Positions 39,212-49,199 of a DNA stretch of 64,000 nucleotides are shown piece after piece. The position numbers and the translations under genes were made by a program. The notes under the pieces are model-generated. The model worked only from the letters and a program-made list of their open reading frames with translations, did no database searches and was not told where the DNA came from. Origin of the DNA: an uncultured Anaerolineaceae bacterium. Lineage in GTDB: Bacteria > Chloroflexota > Anaerolineae > Anaerolineales > UBA4823. The stretch's first letter is position 1. Each line of letters begins with the position of its first letter. The stretch is from positions 653 through 64,652 of the forward strand of contig CAYLPS010000009.1 in NCBI GenBank assembly GCA_964385625.1, given 5' to 3'.

Positions 39212-40168
39212 ATGGCTAACACGGAATTATTACGCGTTGAAAACTTGAAGCTCTACTTCCGTACCACCCAGGGAGTGGTTCAAGCCGTGGACGGGGTAGA
39301 TTTTAATCTCAGTTATAACCGCGCCGTGGTGATTGTGGGCGAATCAGGATGTGGGAAGACCTCGCTCGCCAGAGCGATTTTACGCTTGCTGCCCCGCAAT
39401 GTGGATACCTATACTGGCCACATCTGGCTGGATGGCAAAGATGTAATGACCTATGATGAAGAGCAATTTAGGCAGAATGTGCGCTGGATCAAGATGTCGC
39501 TGGTGCCGCAGGCGGCCATGAACGCATTAAACCCGGTTATTCGGGTGGGCGACCAGGTTGCTGAACCGGCCATGATCCATCTGGGGGCCAAGGCAGATGA
39601 AGCCATGAATATGGCGCGCAAAATGTTCCAGAATGTAGGCATATCTGCAGATTTTCTGGTTCGCTATCCATTCGAGTTGAGTGGTGGTATGCGTCAGAGG
39701 GCTGCCATTGCCATGTCACTGGTAACATCACCAATCCTCATCATTCTGGATGAGCCGACCTCTGCTCTGGATTTGCTCACTCAAGCCAATATCATGAATG
39801 TGCTCAAGCGCATTAAACATGAATTTGAAACCAGCTACATCCTCATCACTCATGATATTGCCACTTCCAGCGAGCTGGCAGACGATGTGGCAGTGATGTA
39901 CGCCGGTCAGATCGTGGAAGTGGGAGATACCCCGCGGTTCTTCCCCAATCCGCTTCATCCATACTCACGCAAGTTAATGAATAGCGTTCCCAGGCTACAT
40001 GGTGATACGGAGCCCGAATTTATTATTGGTCAACCCCCCAGCTTGATCTCACCTCCCACGGGGTGCCGCTTTGCTGAGCGCTGCCCCTCGCGCTTTGAGA
40101 AATGTGTCGAGGATCCTCCCACATTCACGGTAGATGGTCGCCGGGTTAAATGTTGGTTATATGCATAA
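39212..40168 (+). CDS. Peptide ABC ATPase (OppD-like)
   Basis: GESGCGKT, LSGGMRQR, DEPT, CRFAERC C-terminal Cys motif. Confidence 0.93.
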   Translation: MANTELLRVENLKLYFRTTQGVVQAVDGVDFNLSYNRAVVIVGESGCGKTSLARAILRLLPRNVDTYTGHIWLDGKDVMTYDEEQFRQNVRWIKMSLVPQAAMNALNPVIRVGDQVAEPAMIHLGAKADEAMNMARKMFQNVGISADFLVRYPFELSGGMRQRAAIAMSLVTSPILIILDEPTSALDLLTQANIMNVLKRIKHEFETSYILITHDIATSSELADDVAVMYAGQIVEVGDTPRFFPNPLHPYSRKLMNSVPRLHGDTEPEFIIGQPPSLISPPTGCRFAERCPSRFEKCVEDPPTFTVDGRRVKCWLYA

Positions 40169-40186
40169 GACAGGATAGGTGAAGGC

Positions 40187-41227
40187 ATGATGGATAGTAC
40201 CCCGATCAATACAGATGTGAAAACGATGGATGCCCCTGGCAGTGGCGGCAACAATGGATCGTTGTTATCGATTACGAATTTAAAAGTTTGGTTCGAGTTG
40301 CGTCGGTTTGGCTTTGGGCATGCCGGTTATGTACGCGCCGTGGATAATGTTAATTTCGATGTGGCTCACAGCGAAGCAATCGCCGTGGTGGGAGAGAGCG
40401 GCTGCGGAAAATCTAGCCTGATGAAAACCATCCTGGGTTTATATAAACCAACCGAAGGTACCGTGGTATACGAGGGTCGAGATTTGGGTAAAATGGAACC
40501 CAAGGTTCTGAAGTGGTACCGCACCCAGGTGGGTTATGTCCAGCAGGATCCTTATGGTGCTTTGCCCCCGTTTATGAGCGTAAAAAAGATTCTATCTGAG
40601 CCACTCATTATCGGTGGCATCAAGGATAAGGACGAGATTGCGCGGCGCATCGATAAGGTGATGACAGAGGTCAAGATGACCCCGGTCTCGGACTTCTTAA
40701 ACAAGTTCCCACATATGCTGAGTGGCGGGCAACAACAGCGCATGGTCATTGCCCGCGCCATGATCATGGAACCGAAATTCCTGGTGGCTGATGAGCCCGT
40801 TTCGATGCTGGATGCGTCTGTGCGGGTCGAAATCCTAAAGCTCTTGCGCGGCTTGCAAGAGACATACCACCTGTCGGTGATTTATATTACCCATGACCTT
40901 TCGACGGTGCGTTATTTTTCAGAGCGTGTCTTCGTGATGTATGCCGGCAAGATCGTTGAAAAAGCAATTATCAGCGATTTGCTGCGCAACCCGCTTCACC
41001 CATATGCCAATGCTTTACTTGCCGCCACCTCCGAACCAGACGCTAAAAATGCCACCACATTCAAAGAAGTACCCCCTGGGGAGCCTCCCAGCCTGGTTAA
41101 ACCCCCGCCGGGATGTCGCTTCCACCCGCGCTGCCCAAAGATGATCGAAGGCTTGTGCAATGTGCAAGAACCACCGGAATTTACCATGGAACCAAGACAC
41201 ACCGTACTATGCTGGTTATACAAATGA
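40187..41227 (+). CDS. Peptide ABC ATPase (OppF-like)
   Basis: GESGCGKS, LSGGQQQR, DEPVS, CRFHPRC. Confidence 0.93.
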   Translation: MMDSTPINTDVKTMDAPGSGGNNGSLLSITNLKVWFELRRFGFGHAGYVRAVDNVNFDVAHSEAIAVVGESGCGKSSLMKTILGLYKPTEGTVVYEGRDLGKMEPKVLKWYRTQVGYVQQDPYGALPPFMSVKKILSEPLIIGGIKDKDEIARRIDKVMTEVKMTPVSDFLNKFPHMLSGGQQQRMVIARAMIMEPKFLVADEPVSMLDASVRVEILKLLRGLQETYHLSVIYITHDLSTVRYFSERVFVMYAGKIVEKAIISDLLRNPLHPYANALLAATSEPDAKNATTFKEVPPGEPPSLVKPPPGCRFHPRCPKMIEGLCNVQEPPEFTMEPRHTVLCWLYK

Positions 41228-41481
41228 GAACCATACGTGGTGAATATCTCATACTGATTGGCTTTGTGATGGTCCTGCTTGGGGCTATCTTGCCGTTCCT
41301 GATGGTCATGAAGATCCTGACATCTACATTTTTCCTGAACTTTTTTTCCTACACAGTCTCCGTGGCAGGCTTGTTCATGGGTATTGCAGGATGTGCTTTT
41401 TACGTGCGTTACCACAGGAATAAAAAGAAAGGGACATTCCTTTCAAGTGATGAATCGCCTGATCAGCCTCAGGATTGGTGA
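41224..41481 (+). CDS. Small two-TM membrane protein
   Basis: ATGA overlap with the ATPase stop codon; two hydrophobic segments. Confidence 0.7.
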   Translation: MRTIRGEYLILIGFVMVLLGAILPFLMVMKILTSTFFLNFFSYTVSVAGLFMGIAGCAFYVRYHRNKKKGTFLSSDESPDQPQDW

Positions 41482-41605
41482 GGGCTAGCTGAAAGCGAAC
41501 CTTTAATATTTAGCAGAGTATATACTATATATAGTATATATTTTTGAAGCCTGTTTTCATTTGGTTGTTATAGAAGGCAGGCTTCAAATTTTGATGGCTT
41601 AAACC

Positions 41606-44545
41606 ATGATTCCATCAAATGAGCATGCATCCACGCAAAATCCTGCTTCCGATACAGTTTCCAGGACTATTAAATATATAACCTTGAGGGCAGTAGTCCT
41701 GTTCATCATGGTTGCAGTTGGGATTTTTCTCACCATTGTTATCGTAAATTATGGTGGGTACATTGACAATATCCATCAGGCGGAAATAAACGAGGCATTG
41801 AATTATGTTTCACTGGGCATGCGGGGTGCATCTCTAGAAGAAGTTGCTCAGAGAACCGAACAGCTGAGATGGGCGATGGAAGAATCCTATGGATTGCATG
41901 AGCCCTTCCTATTTCGATGTATCCGATGGTGGTACCAGACCCTGACATTTAACTGGGGAACTATATATCGCATTGGAATTCAAGCTTTCACTTCAGGTCA
42001 AACTCCGGTAACGAAGATCGTCTTGGAGCGCGTGCCCTACACTTTGCTGCTGGCAGGAAGTACCAACATTATCCTTTTCTTTGCCAGCATCCTGGTCGCC
42101 GTAAACCTTTCCAAGAAATATGGCAGTTTTACTGACCGGATGATGGTCACGCTATCACCATTATCATCGATTCCGAACTGGGTATATGGGGCCATATTAA
42201 CTGTAATTTTTGCTGGACAGCTTCATCTTCTACCATTTAATGGTTTATACGATACTTTCCCACCCGCTACGAAACTTGGATACATCCCGGTTGTGCTCAG
42301 GCACATGGTTTTACCAGTAACAGCCATTTTCCTGGGCATGTTCTTCTCCATTGTATACACCTGGCGGACTTTTTTCCTGATCCACTCCGGTGAAGATTAC
42401 CTGGAAATGGCAAAAGCGAAGGGCTTGCCAGAGCGGGTTATCGAGCGTCGCTATGTCCTTAAACCAACCCTGCCTTATTTAATCACCAGTTTCACCATTA
42501 TGATCATCACCTTTTGGCAAGGGATTATTGTCTTAGAGGTATTTTTTGATTGGCCTGGCCTGGGTCAGCTCTTTATGACAGCGGTTACAAGCAGGCAAGT
42601 GCAGGTAACCACTGCTATCGTGGCCACTTTCGCTTTTTTGTTGGGTATTTCTATTTTCTTTTTAGATATTATCTACGTTCTGGTTGACCCCCGGATAAAA
42701 GTAAGTGGTAGCAGCCAAAGCATTAATCCGGTGAGTCTCTGGAAGGATGGGCTCACCTCACTTTCAAGGTCTTTCTTGTATTCTCTCAATCTTCGACAGC
42801 GCCTTAACAGCCTGGTTAATCGAGTTGCCGCGCCCCTCTCCATATTGGAGGGAGTAGTTATTCATACTGCCTCCCCCAATCAAATCCGCCTCACCGGGTC
42901 ATCCGCCAGGATAGCTGACCGGCGCTACTGCCCACATCTAAGGTTGGATAATAATCGCCCCTTTGTCATGCAAGCTCCGGCCTCGCGCTGCCGATGTTAC
43001 CTCCACAATCATCCTGAGCGAATTGCCAGTACTTTCCAGTTGCAGGTTTGCCGGACCGCCGCTCACCATGATTGCCCCAGGTTACTGCCAGCTCCCCTTG
43101 GGCAGAGTGCATCCGCTGAAACAGAATTTTCATCACGCCAGTTAATACACTCTCGTAGAAACCGTCGAACATTCCCCGCCCCATTGCGAGAATTATTACG
43201 CTATCCAAGCGCGGTGCTGGGGGTGATCATCATTCTTGCTATGATCGGGGTCTCGATTTATGCCGTTATCGCCATTCCCTACCAGCAAGCCGTTCGGGCT
43301 TGGATTCCACTAACCCCCGACAAATACTTGCTTCCAAAGAATGCCATGCCGGAATGGGTCAACTTGTTCAGGAAAGATCCTCTACCCGCAACCATCATTC
43401 AGGATAGCGCCAAAGGCGAAGCCGTCAAAGTGTTTACTCCTGAGTCTAAAGGACTGACCAGTGAGGTGATTACATACACTATCAACTATCCATATGGAGA
43501 TTTTCCCAAGGATCTGTTGATCGTCTTCGATGGGCAGTACGAAAAGAAACCATTTGTCATTCTAACCTGGACGACGCCGGATGGCAGGGAATTCAATCTG
43601 GGAAATTTTTCTGTCGTATCCACGCAACGATATTTGGTCTCCGAGGATATCCCTGATAAGTATGTAATTGGTAAAGGTGTCGCCATGCCGCGCGTAATGC
43701 TCTCTGGGAAGGGAGGCGCTCCCCCAGTGCAGGTTCTTTTCAATGAACCGGACGCGGCAATGCTGACCAAAGCATTGAAGGGCACATATACGCTGCAGAT
43801 TGATACCACCCTGTTCGAGCCCAATTCCAACCTGGATGCCGAGCTTATCCTTTACGGTGAGGTATATGGGATCGCAGGCACCGATGACATGCGGCGTGAC
43901 TTGCTGTTGCCATTATTATGGGGAACACCCATCGCGCTTGCTTTCGGGTTTTTAGGCGCCATTGCCACCGGAGTACTCTCCATGGTTATTGCTGCAATAG
44001 GGGTGTGGTTTGGGGGCAAAGTTGACGCTGTGATTCAGCGGCTCACCGAAGTAAACATGATACTGCCCGTCCTGCCCATTGCCATTATGATTTATTACCT
44101 ATATTCCAAGAGTATTTGGATGATTCTAGGTGTGATCATCATCCTGAGCATATTTGGTCCCTCCATCAAGACCTATCGCTCCGCCTTTTTACAGGTGAAG
44201 GAAGCCCCTTACATTGAAGCTGCCCTATCTTATGGTGCCAGTAACTGGCGCATCATCAAGAATTATTTGGTACCCCGCATCATACCTTTGCTGATCCCTC
44301 AGTTGGTGATTTTGGTTCCCAGTTATGTTTTCTTCGAAGCTACCCTGGCATACCTGAATGTGAGTGATCCGGTGTTACCTACCTGGGGCAAAGTAATTTA
44401 CGATGCACTGACTCGTGGGGTTTACCACGGTTATTATTATTGGGTGCTCGAGCCCGTCACCTTGATGATCCTCACCGGCCTGGCTTTTGCAATTGTTGGG
44501 TTTGCCCTGGATAGTATCCTGAACCCCCGGTTACGCAGCCGTTAA
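41606..44545 (+). CDS. Fused OppB-OppC permease with a Cys/His-rich linker
   Basis: N-half resembles 36725-37867 (WRTFFLI.S.EDY..MAKAKGL); C-half resembles 37864-39207 (LLRYPSA, PTWGK, NPRLR). Confidence 0.88.
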   Translation: MIPSNEHASTQNPASDTVSRTIKYITLRAVVLFIMVAVGIFLTIVIVNYGGYIDNIHQAEINEALNYVSLGMRGASLEEVAQRTEQLRWAMEESYGLHEPFLFRCIRWWYQTLTFNWGTIYRIGIQAFTSGQTPVTKIVLERVPYTLLLAGSTNIILFFASILVAVNLSKKYGSFTDRMMVTLSPLSSIPNWVYGAILTVIFAGQLHLLPFNGLYDTFPPATKLGYIPVVLRHMVLPVTAIFLGMFFSIVYTWRTFFLIHSGEDYLEMAKAKGLPERVIERRYVLKPTLPYLITSFTIMIITFWQGIIVLEVFFDWPGLGQLFMTAVTSRQVQVTTAIVATFAFLLGISIFFLDIIYVLVDPRIKVSGSSQSINPVSLWKDGLTSLSRSFLYSLNLRQRLNSLVNRVAAPLSILEGVVIHTASPNQIRLTGSSARIADRRYCPHLRLDNNRPFVMQAPASRCRCYLHNHPERIASTFQLQVCRTAAHHDCPRLLPAPLGQSASAETEFSSRQLIHSRRNRRTFPAPLRELLRYPSAVLGVIIILAMIGVSIYAVIAIPYQQAVRAWIPLTPDKYLLPKNAMPEWVNLFRKDPLPATIIQDSAKGEAVKVFTPESKGLTSEVITYTINYPYGDFPKDLLIVFDGQYEKKPFVILTWTTPDGREFNLGNFSVVSTQRYLVSEDIPDKYVIGKGVAMPRVMLSGKGGAPPVQVLFNEPDAAMLTKALKGTYTLQIDTTLFEPNSNLDAELILYGEVYGIAGTDDMRRDLLLPLLWGTPIALAFGFLGAIATGVLSMVIAAIGVWFGGKVDAVIQRLTEVNMILPVLPIAIMIYYLYSKSIWMILGVIIILSIFGPSIKTYRSAFLQVKEAPYIEAALSYGASNWRIIKNYLVPRIIPLLIPQLVILVPSYVFFEATLAYLNVSDPVLPTWGKVIYDALTRGVYHGYYYWVLEPVTLMILTGLAFAIVGFALDSILNPRLRSR

Positions 44546-44636
44546 AGCTGCCGGCCACGAGAGGTGGTTTCACAACCGCTGGTCGTAATTTTCATTGCAA
44601 ATCCAGAATTCAAAATCATGATAGAATGATTCCAAC

Positions 44637-45782
44637 ATGGCTGGATACCGGGTTTTGGTGGTCGAAGACAATCACGAAGTCAGGCGCATGGTCACCGCCA
44701 GTATCAAGTCGCTTGGCGATGAAATTGACGTGATGGATGTCATGTCGGCCGAGGAAGCGCTGGTCATCAATGCTTCTCTGCCGCTAGACTTGATGGTTCT
44801 GGATGTCCGCTTGCCCGGTATGTCGGGGTTGGAGATGGTTACGCGCATGCGCAAGCGCAAACCGGGCACGAAAATAATCCTGGTCACAGGCATGATGGAT
44901 GCCGCCATGCGCCAGCTGGTGTCTAAAGCGGATGTGGATGCATATTTCTTCAAGCCGCTTGAGATTTCTGCCTTCCTGGAGGCAGTCCAGCGCTGTTTGG
45001 TTGCTCCCGCTGCTAAAACTGCTCTGGAATCGCCTCGCGCAACAGGAGCGGTCAATATCTCGCCTCCCACCCGCCCCGTTGGGCACCCTGCCCCGCTTAT
45101 AGAGCAAGAAAAATCAGCTTCGAGTGGCCCTTTACCCACCCTGATGGAGCGTTTATCCGACTTGAAGAAACAGGTGAGAGCCGTGGCAGCCTTGCTGGTG
45201 AATGATGCCGGGCAGGTGGTGGAAGAAGCCGGTACCGCCGCAGAAATTACCACCGGCTCCGCCTTGCTAAATGCACTGATGCACGCTTTCCGCTCCAGCT
45301 TGCAGGTATCTCACGCCATGGCCAGGGGCACCAGTGAGAGCCTGCAGTATTTCGTTGCCCCGCGCCAGTGCATCTATATGACCCCGGTAGGAATGAAACA
45401 CGTGCTGTTCGTGGTTACCGTCGGTTACTTTGGCCCCGATAAACTGGGTACCATCTACCACGCGATCCACCTGGCGGTCCGCGATATTCAGGCTATCATA
45501 GAAAATGAAACCGACTCCCAAAAGGAAACGCTGGATGCCCGAAATGAGCTCCCTGCGGAGGTAACCATAGATAAGGAAACCCTGGCCAAGGTTGAAAACA
45601 TCTTCTCTCAGCCCACAAACAAAGTGGGTAAGAAACTGGCGGACGACTTTTGGGAGTCAGCTGGCGAAAATGGACCACTATACGGTTCAGATCGTAAGGA
45701 TGTCCTCTCCTATGAGCAAGCCCGAAACCTGGGTCTGGCACCGGGTGAAAATTCGGTCGGTGAGGCACTGGACGACAGTTAA
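44637..45782 (+). CDS. Response regulator with Pro-rich linker and roadblock/MglB-like domain
   Basis: REC residues EDN, D(VRLPG), T, KP; ALLVNDAGQVV roadblock-like segment. Confidence 0.75.
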   Translation: MAGYRVLVVEDNHEVRRMVTASIKSLGDEIDVMDVMSAEEALVINASLPLDLMVLDVRLPGMSGLEMVTRMRKRKPGTKIILVTGMMDAAMRQLVSKADVDAYFFKPLEISAFLEAVQRCLVAPAAKTALESPRATGAVNISPPTRPVGHPAPLIEQEKSASSGPLPTLMERLSDLKKQVRAVAALLVNDAGQVVEEAGTAAEITTGSALLNALMHAFRSSLQVSHAMARGTSESLQYFVAPRQCIYMTPVGMKHVLFVVTVGYFGPDKLGTIYHAIHLAVRDIQAIIENETDSQKETLDARNELPAEVTIDKETLAKVENIFSQPTNKVGKKLADDFWESAGENGPLYGSDRKDVLSYEQARNLGLAPGENSVGEALDDS

Positions 45783-45852
45783 CCGCCCCTGGCAGGAATG
45801 GCCTGAAAAATATGATAAAATACCACACGCCCTCAAACCAGGACGTTCAATT

Positions 45853-45923
45853 TGGGGCATGGTGCAATGGCAGCACAGCAGACTTTGGATCTGTTTATTC
45901 TGGTTCGAGTCCGGATGCCCCAG
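45853..45923 (+). tRNA. tRNA-Gln(TTG), CCA not encoded
   Basis: TGGGGCA/TGCCCCA acceptor stem, GCAGA-CTTTGGA-TCTGT anticodon arm, GTTCGAG T-loop. Confidence 0.93.
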
Positions 45924-45955
45924 CTAGTACCTAAAAATGATCGCTGATAAGACTT

Positions 45956-46016
45956 ACGCAAAACCACTGGAGTGTAGAAACGCTTGCTGGTCACACTGTT
46001 CTGGTTTTGCGTTTTT
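45956..46016 (+). terminator. Long hairpin with U-tract after tRNA-Gln
   Basis: ACGCAAAACCA...TGGTTTTGCGT-TTTT with an inner AGTGT/ACACT stem. Confidence 0.55.
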
Positions 46017-46030
46017 AATTTGATGGAGGT

Positions 46031-47380
46031 GTGATGAATCTATCCGCTGTGATTCTTGCCGCCGGACAGGGTACGCGCATGAAATCTGACCTGCCCAAGG
46101 TGCTCCACCTGCTGCTGGGTATGCCCATAGCCCACTATGCCATTGAAGTAGCCAGGCAGGTCACTGGCAACCCCCCGTTATTGGTGATTGGGCACGGGGC
46201 AGACCGGGTGCGCCAGGTGCTGGGCAGCCAGGCAAATTATGTCGTTCAAGAGCCGCAGCTTGGCACCGGGCACGCCGTGATGCAGGCAGAGCCATTATTA
46301 ACCGGCAAAGCTGATTTGCTCCTGGTAACCTATGCCGACATGCCATTGCTGACCGCTGAGTCGCTCGCCAGGCTGGTTGACCTGGCACAATCGCATTCCG
46401 GCCCTCTCACCATGCTCACCGTCTCCGCCGCTGATACACGCGGCTTTGGGCGCATCTTGCGCGACCCGCATGGGCGGGTAAGCGCGGTGGTGGAGGAAGC
46501 CCAGGCCTCCCCTGAGCAGCTTAATATCCGTGAGCTTAATCCCGGGGTATATTGCTTTAAAACCGATTGGCTGTGGCCGGCGTTACATCGCATCAAACTA
46601 TCACCCAAGGGTGAATATTATCTCACCGACCTGGTTGGGATGGCAGTTGACAGCGGCTACACCATCGCTACACTTGCCATGGAAGACGTCGAAGAAGTTA
46701 TCGGCATCAACAACCGTGTGCATCTGGCTCAGGCTGAGGCCATCCTGCGCCGGCGGATCAATACCCAATGGATGCTCGCCGGCGTGACCATGATTGACCC
46801 TGCCAGCACTTACATCGAGCCAGGCGTCACCTTGGGGCAGGATACCGTGTTGTGGCCTGGCACATACCTGCACGGCGATACTAAGCTTGGTGCGGGCTGT
46901 GTCATCGGCCCCAACACCATTATCAAGGACACCATCGTGGGTGATCACTGTACTCTGCTGTGCTCTGTGCTTGAATACGCAGTGCTCGAAGATCACGTTG
47001 AGATGGGTCCCTTCTGCCACCTGCGCAAGGGCGCCCATCTTGCTTCGGGCGTGCATATGGGTAATTTCGGCGAGGTCAAGAATTCTACCCTCGGTCAGGG
47101 TGCCAGGATGGGGCATTTTTCGTACCTGGGTGACGCCACCGTCGGTGCGGGCGTGAACATTGGCGCTGGCACGATCACCTGTAATTATGATGGCCAGCAC
47201 AAATACCCCACCGAGATTGGCGAAGGGGCTTTCATCGGCTCCGATACCATGCTGGTTGCGCCGGTGAAGGTGGGTGCCGGGGCCAAGACCGGTGCCGGCG
47301 CGGTGGTCACCAGGGATATTCCCCCAGGCACGCTCGCCGTGGGTGTACCTGCCAGGGTGATCCGTGAGCTGAAAAAGTGA
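46031..47380 (+). CDS. glmU: Bifunctional UDP-GlcNAc pyrophosphorylase/glucosamine-1-phosphate acetyltransferase
   Basis: LAAGQGTRMKS, QLGTGHAV, EYYLTD, GNFGEVKN, HFSYLGDA, NYDG, hexapeptide repeats. Confidence 0.96.
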   Translation: MMNLSAVILAAGQGTRMKSDLPKVLHLLLGMPIAHYAIEVARQVTGNPPLLVIGHGADRVRQVLGSQANYVVQEPQLGTGHAVMQAEPLLTGKADLLLVTYADMPLLTAESLARLVDLAQSHSGPLTMLTVSAADTRGFGRILRDPHGRVSAVVEEAQASPEQLNIRELNPGVYCFKTDWLWPALHRIKLSPKGEYYLTDLVGMAVDSGYTIATLAMEDVEEVIGINNRVHLAQAEAILRRRINTQWMLAGVTMIDPASTYIEPGVTLGQDTVLWPGTYLHGDTKLGAGCVIGPNTIIKDTIVGDHCTLLCSVLEYAVLEDHVEMGPFCHLRKGAHLASGVHMGNFGEVKNSTLGQGARMGHFSYLGDATVGAGVNIGAGTITCNYDGQHKYPTEIGEGAFIGSDTMLVAPVKVGAGAKTGAGAVVTRDIPPGTLAVGVPARVIRELKK

Positions 47381-48663
47381 GCCATTACCTGATTATCCTG
47401 GGTTTATTGCTCCTGTTCTGCATCGACATCTACACCATCGCATTCCGCAGCTCTTTGTTGAACTCCAGCCTGGCGCGCCTGCTTTCCCTCAGGGAAGAGA
47501 TGAAAACGCAGGTAAACCGCACCATCAGCTTGCTGCACGCCCCGCAAGAGTGGTCGGCTGCCAGCAATTTACTCCAGCTTGTAGCTCGTTTTTTAGGCGC
47601 CAGTTTGCTGGTGGCGCTGTTTTTCCCCCGAGAGATCACCGTAACTTCCATGCTGGTGCTGCTGGGCATATTACTATTAGCTGCCATTGTGGTCTTTTGG
47701 CTGGAATGGTTGGTGGAGAGGGGGGTCTCTCGCCACCCAGAAGCGTGGGCGATGCGCCTGTCCGGCTCCGTGCGCACTACTACGGTGATCCTTTCTCCCA
47801 TCCTGCTGATACCGCTGGCAATCGGCCGGCGCAAGGGCGATCAACAGGAACCGGTAAGCTCCGTCACCGAAGAAGAGCTCAAGAGCATGGTAGACGCCGG
47901 GCACGAGGGAGGTGTGCTCGAGACGGAAGAGCGACAAATGATCTACTCCATCTTTGAGCTGGGCGACACCCTGGTGCGAGAGATCATGCTGCCGCGCATC
48001 TATATCAATGCCCTCGAGATCTCCACATCCCTTTCAGATGCCGTGGATGCTTTTATCAAGTCGGGACATTCACGCCTCCCGGTTTACCAGGAATCGATCG
48101 ACAATATCCTGGGCTTGCTGTATGCCAAGGACCTACTGAAGGTATCGAATCGGGTTGAGCAGGTCGAATCACTGAACAGTCTGCTCCGTCCCGCCACTTT
48201 TGTACCCGAGGCAAAGAAGGTGGATGAGCTGCTGCAGGAAATGCAGGCCGGGCAATTCCACATGGCCATGGTCGTGGACGAGTATGGCGGCATCGCCGGC
48301 CTCGTCACCCTGGAGGATATCTTTGAAGAAATCGTGGGTGAGATCCAGGATGAGTATGACCAGAGTGAGGAAGCACCCTATACCAGGATCAACGATGGCG
48401 AATGTGTGTTCCAGGGCCGGGTGGATCTTAGGGATTTCAACGAGGTCATGGGCACCCAACTGCCTATCGAAGAGACTGATACACTGGGCGGTTTCATCTA
48501 TGAGCAAATAGGCCGTGTGCCCATTAGCGGTGAAACATTGCAGGTTGGCTATATTCAATTAATTATCGAGCAGGTCACCGGCCGGCGCATCCGCAAGGTG
48601 AGAGCCAGGAAACTGAGTGAACCGCCTCTACAGGAGCAACAAGATGAATCAACAATTAACTGA
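47377..48663 (+). CDS. CNNM/CorC-HlyC (hemolysin-family) membrane protein with CBS pair
   Basis: TM region, [36 protein letters not shown]. Confidence 0.9.
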   Translation: MSHYLIILGLLLLFCIDIYTIAFRSSLLNSSLARLLSLREEMKTQVNRTISLLHAPQEWSAASNLLQLVARFLGASLLVALFFPREITVTSMLVLLGILLLAAIVVFWLEWLVERGVSRHPEAWAMRLSGSVRTTTVILSPILLIPLAIGRRKGDQQEPVSSVTEEELKSMVDAGHEGGVLETEERQMIYSIFELGDTLVREIMLPRIYINALEISTSLSDAVDAFIKSGHSRLPVYQESIDNILGLLYAKDLLKVSNRVEQVESLNSLLRPATFVPEAKKVDELLQEMQAGQFHMAMVVDEYGGIAGLVTLEDIFEEIVGEIQDEYDQSEEAPYTRINDGECVFQGRVDLRDFNEVMGTQLPIEETDTLGGFIYEQIGRVPISGETLQVGYIQLIIEQVTGRRIRKVRARKLSEPPLQEQQDESTIN

Positions 48664-49060
48664 TGAGCTTCGTACCCGGCTGATCGACCTGGCCAGGCTT
48701 GCCCGTCAGAATGCCTATGCCCCGTATTCGGGCTATAAGGTGGGTGCGGCATTGCTAGCCGCCTCAGGCAGGATTTTCACCGGCTGTAATGTGGAAAGTG
48801 CTGCTTACCCCACCAGTATGTGTGCTGAAAGGGTGGCGATATTCAAGGCGGTTTCGGAAGGCGAGCAGAAGTTTGTCGCTCTTGCGGTCGTCACCGCTAA
48901 TGGTGGCACGCCCTGTGGCGCCTGCCGGCAGGTGATGGCAGAATTTGGCCTGGACATGATTGTGCTCATCGCTGACGCGCAAGGCAACCTGAAGCAGCAA
49001 ATTACACTTTCCGAATTACTGCCAGGAGCCTTCACCCCCGGGGATTTAATGAAAAAGTAA
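48644..49060 (+). CDS. cdd: Homotetrameric cytidine deaminase
   Basis: AYAPYS, GCNVE, CAERVA, PCGACRQ. Confidence 0.94.
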   Translation: MNQQLTDELRTRLIDLARLARQNAYAPYSGYKVGAALLAASGRIFTGCNVESAAYPTSMCAERVAIFKAVSEGEQKFVALAVVTANGGTPCGACRQVMAEFGLDMIVLIADAQGNLKQQITLSELLPGAFTPGDLMKK

Positions 49061-49199
49061 CAAACGGTAGGTATTATCGGGGATAGGAAAAGGGATAATA
49101 AGAAAAAAATCACATTGCCAACTTTTTATCTGTGTGCTAAACTTGATATCACGTTTAGCCAACCTGACTCAAACAAAATCTAATAAGAGGAGAAACCGC

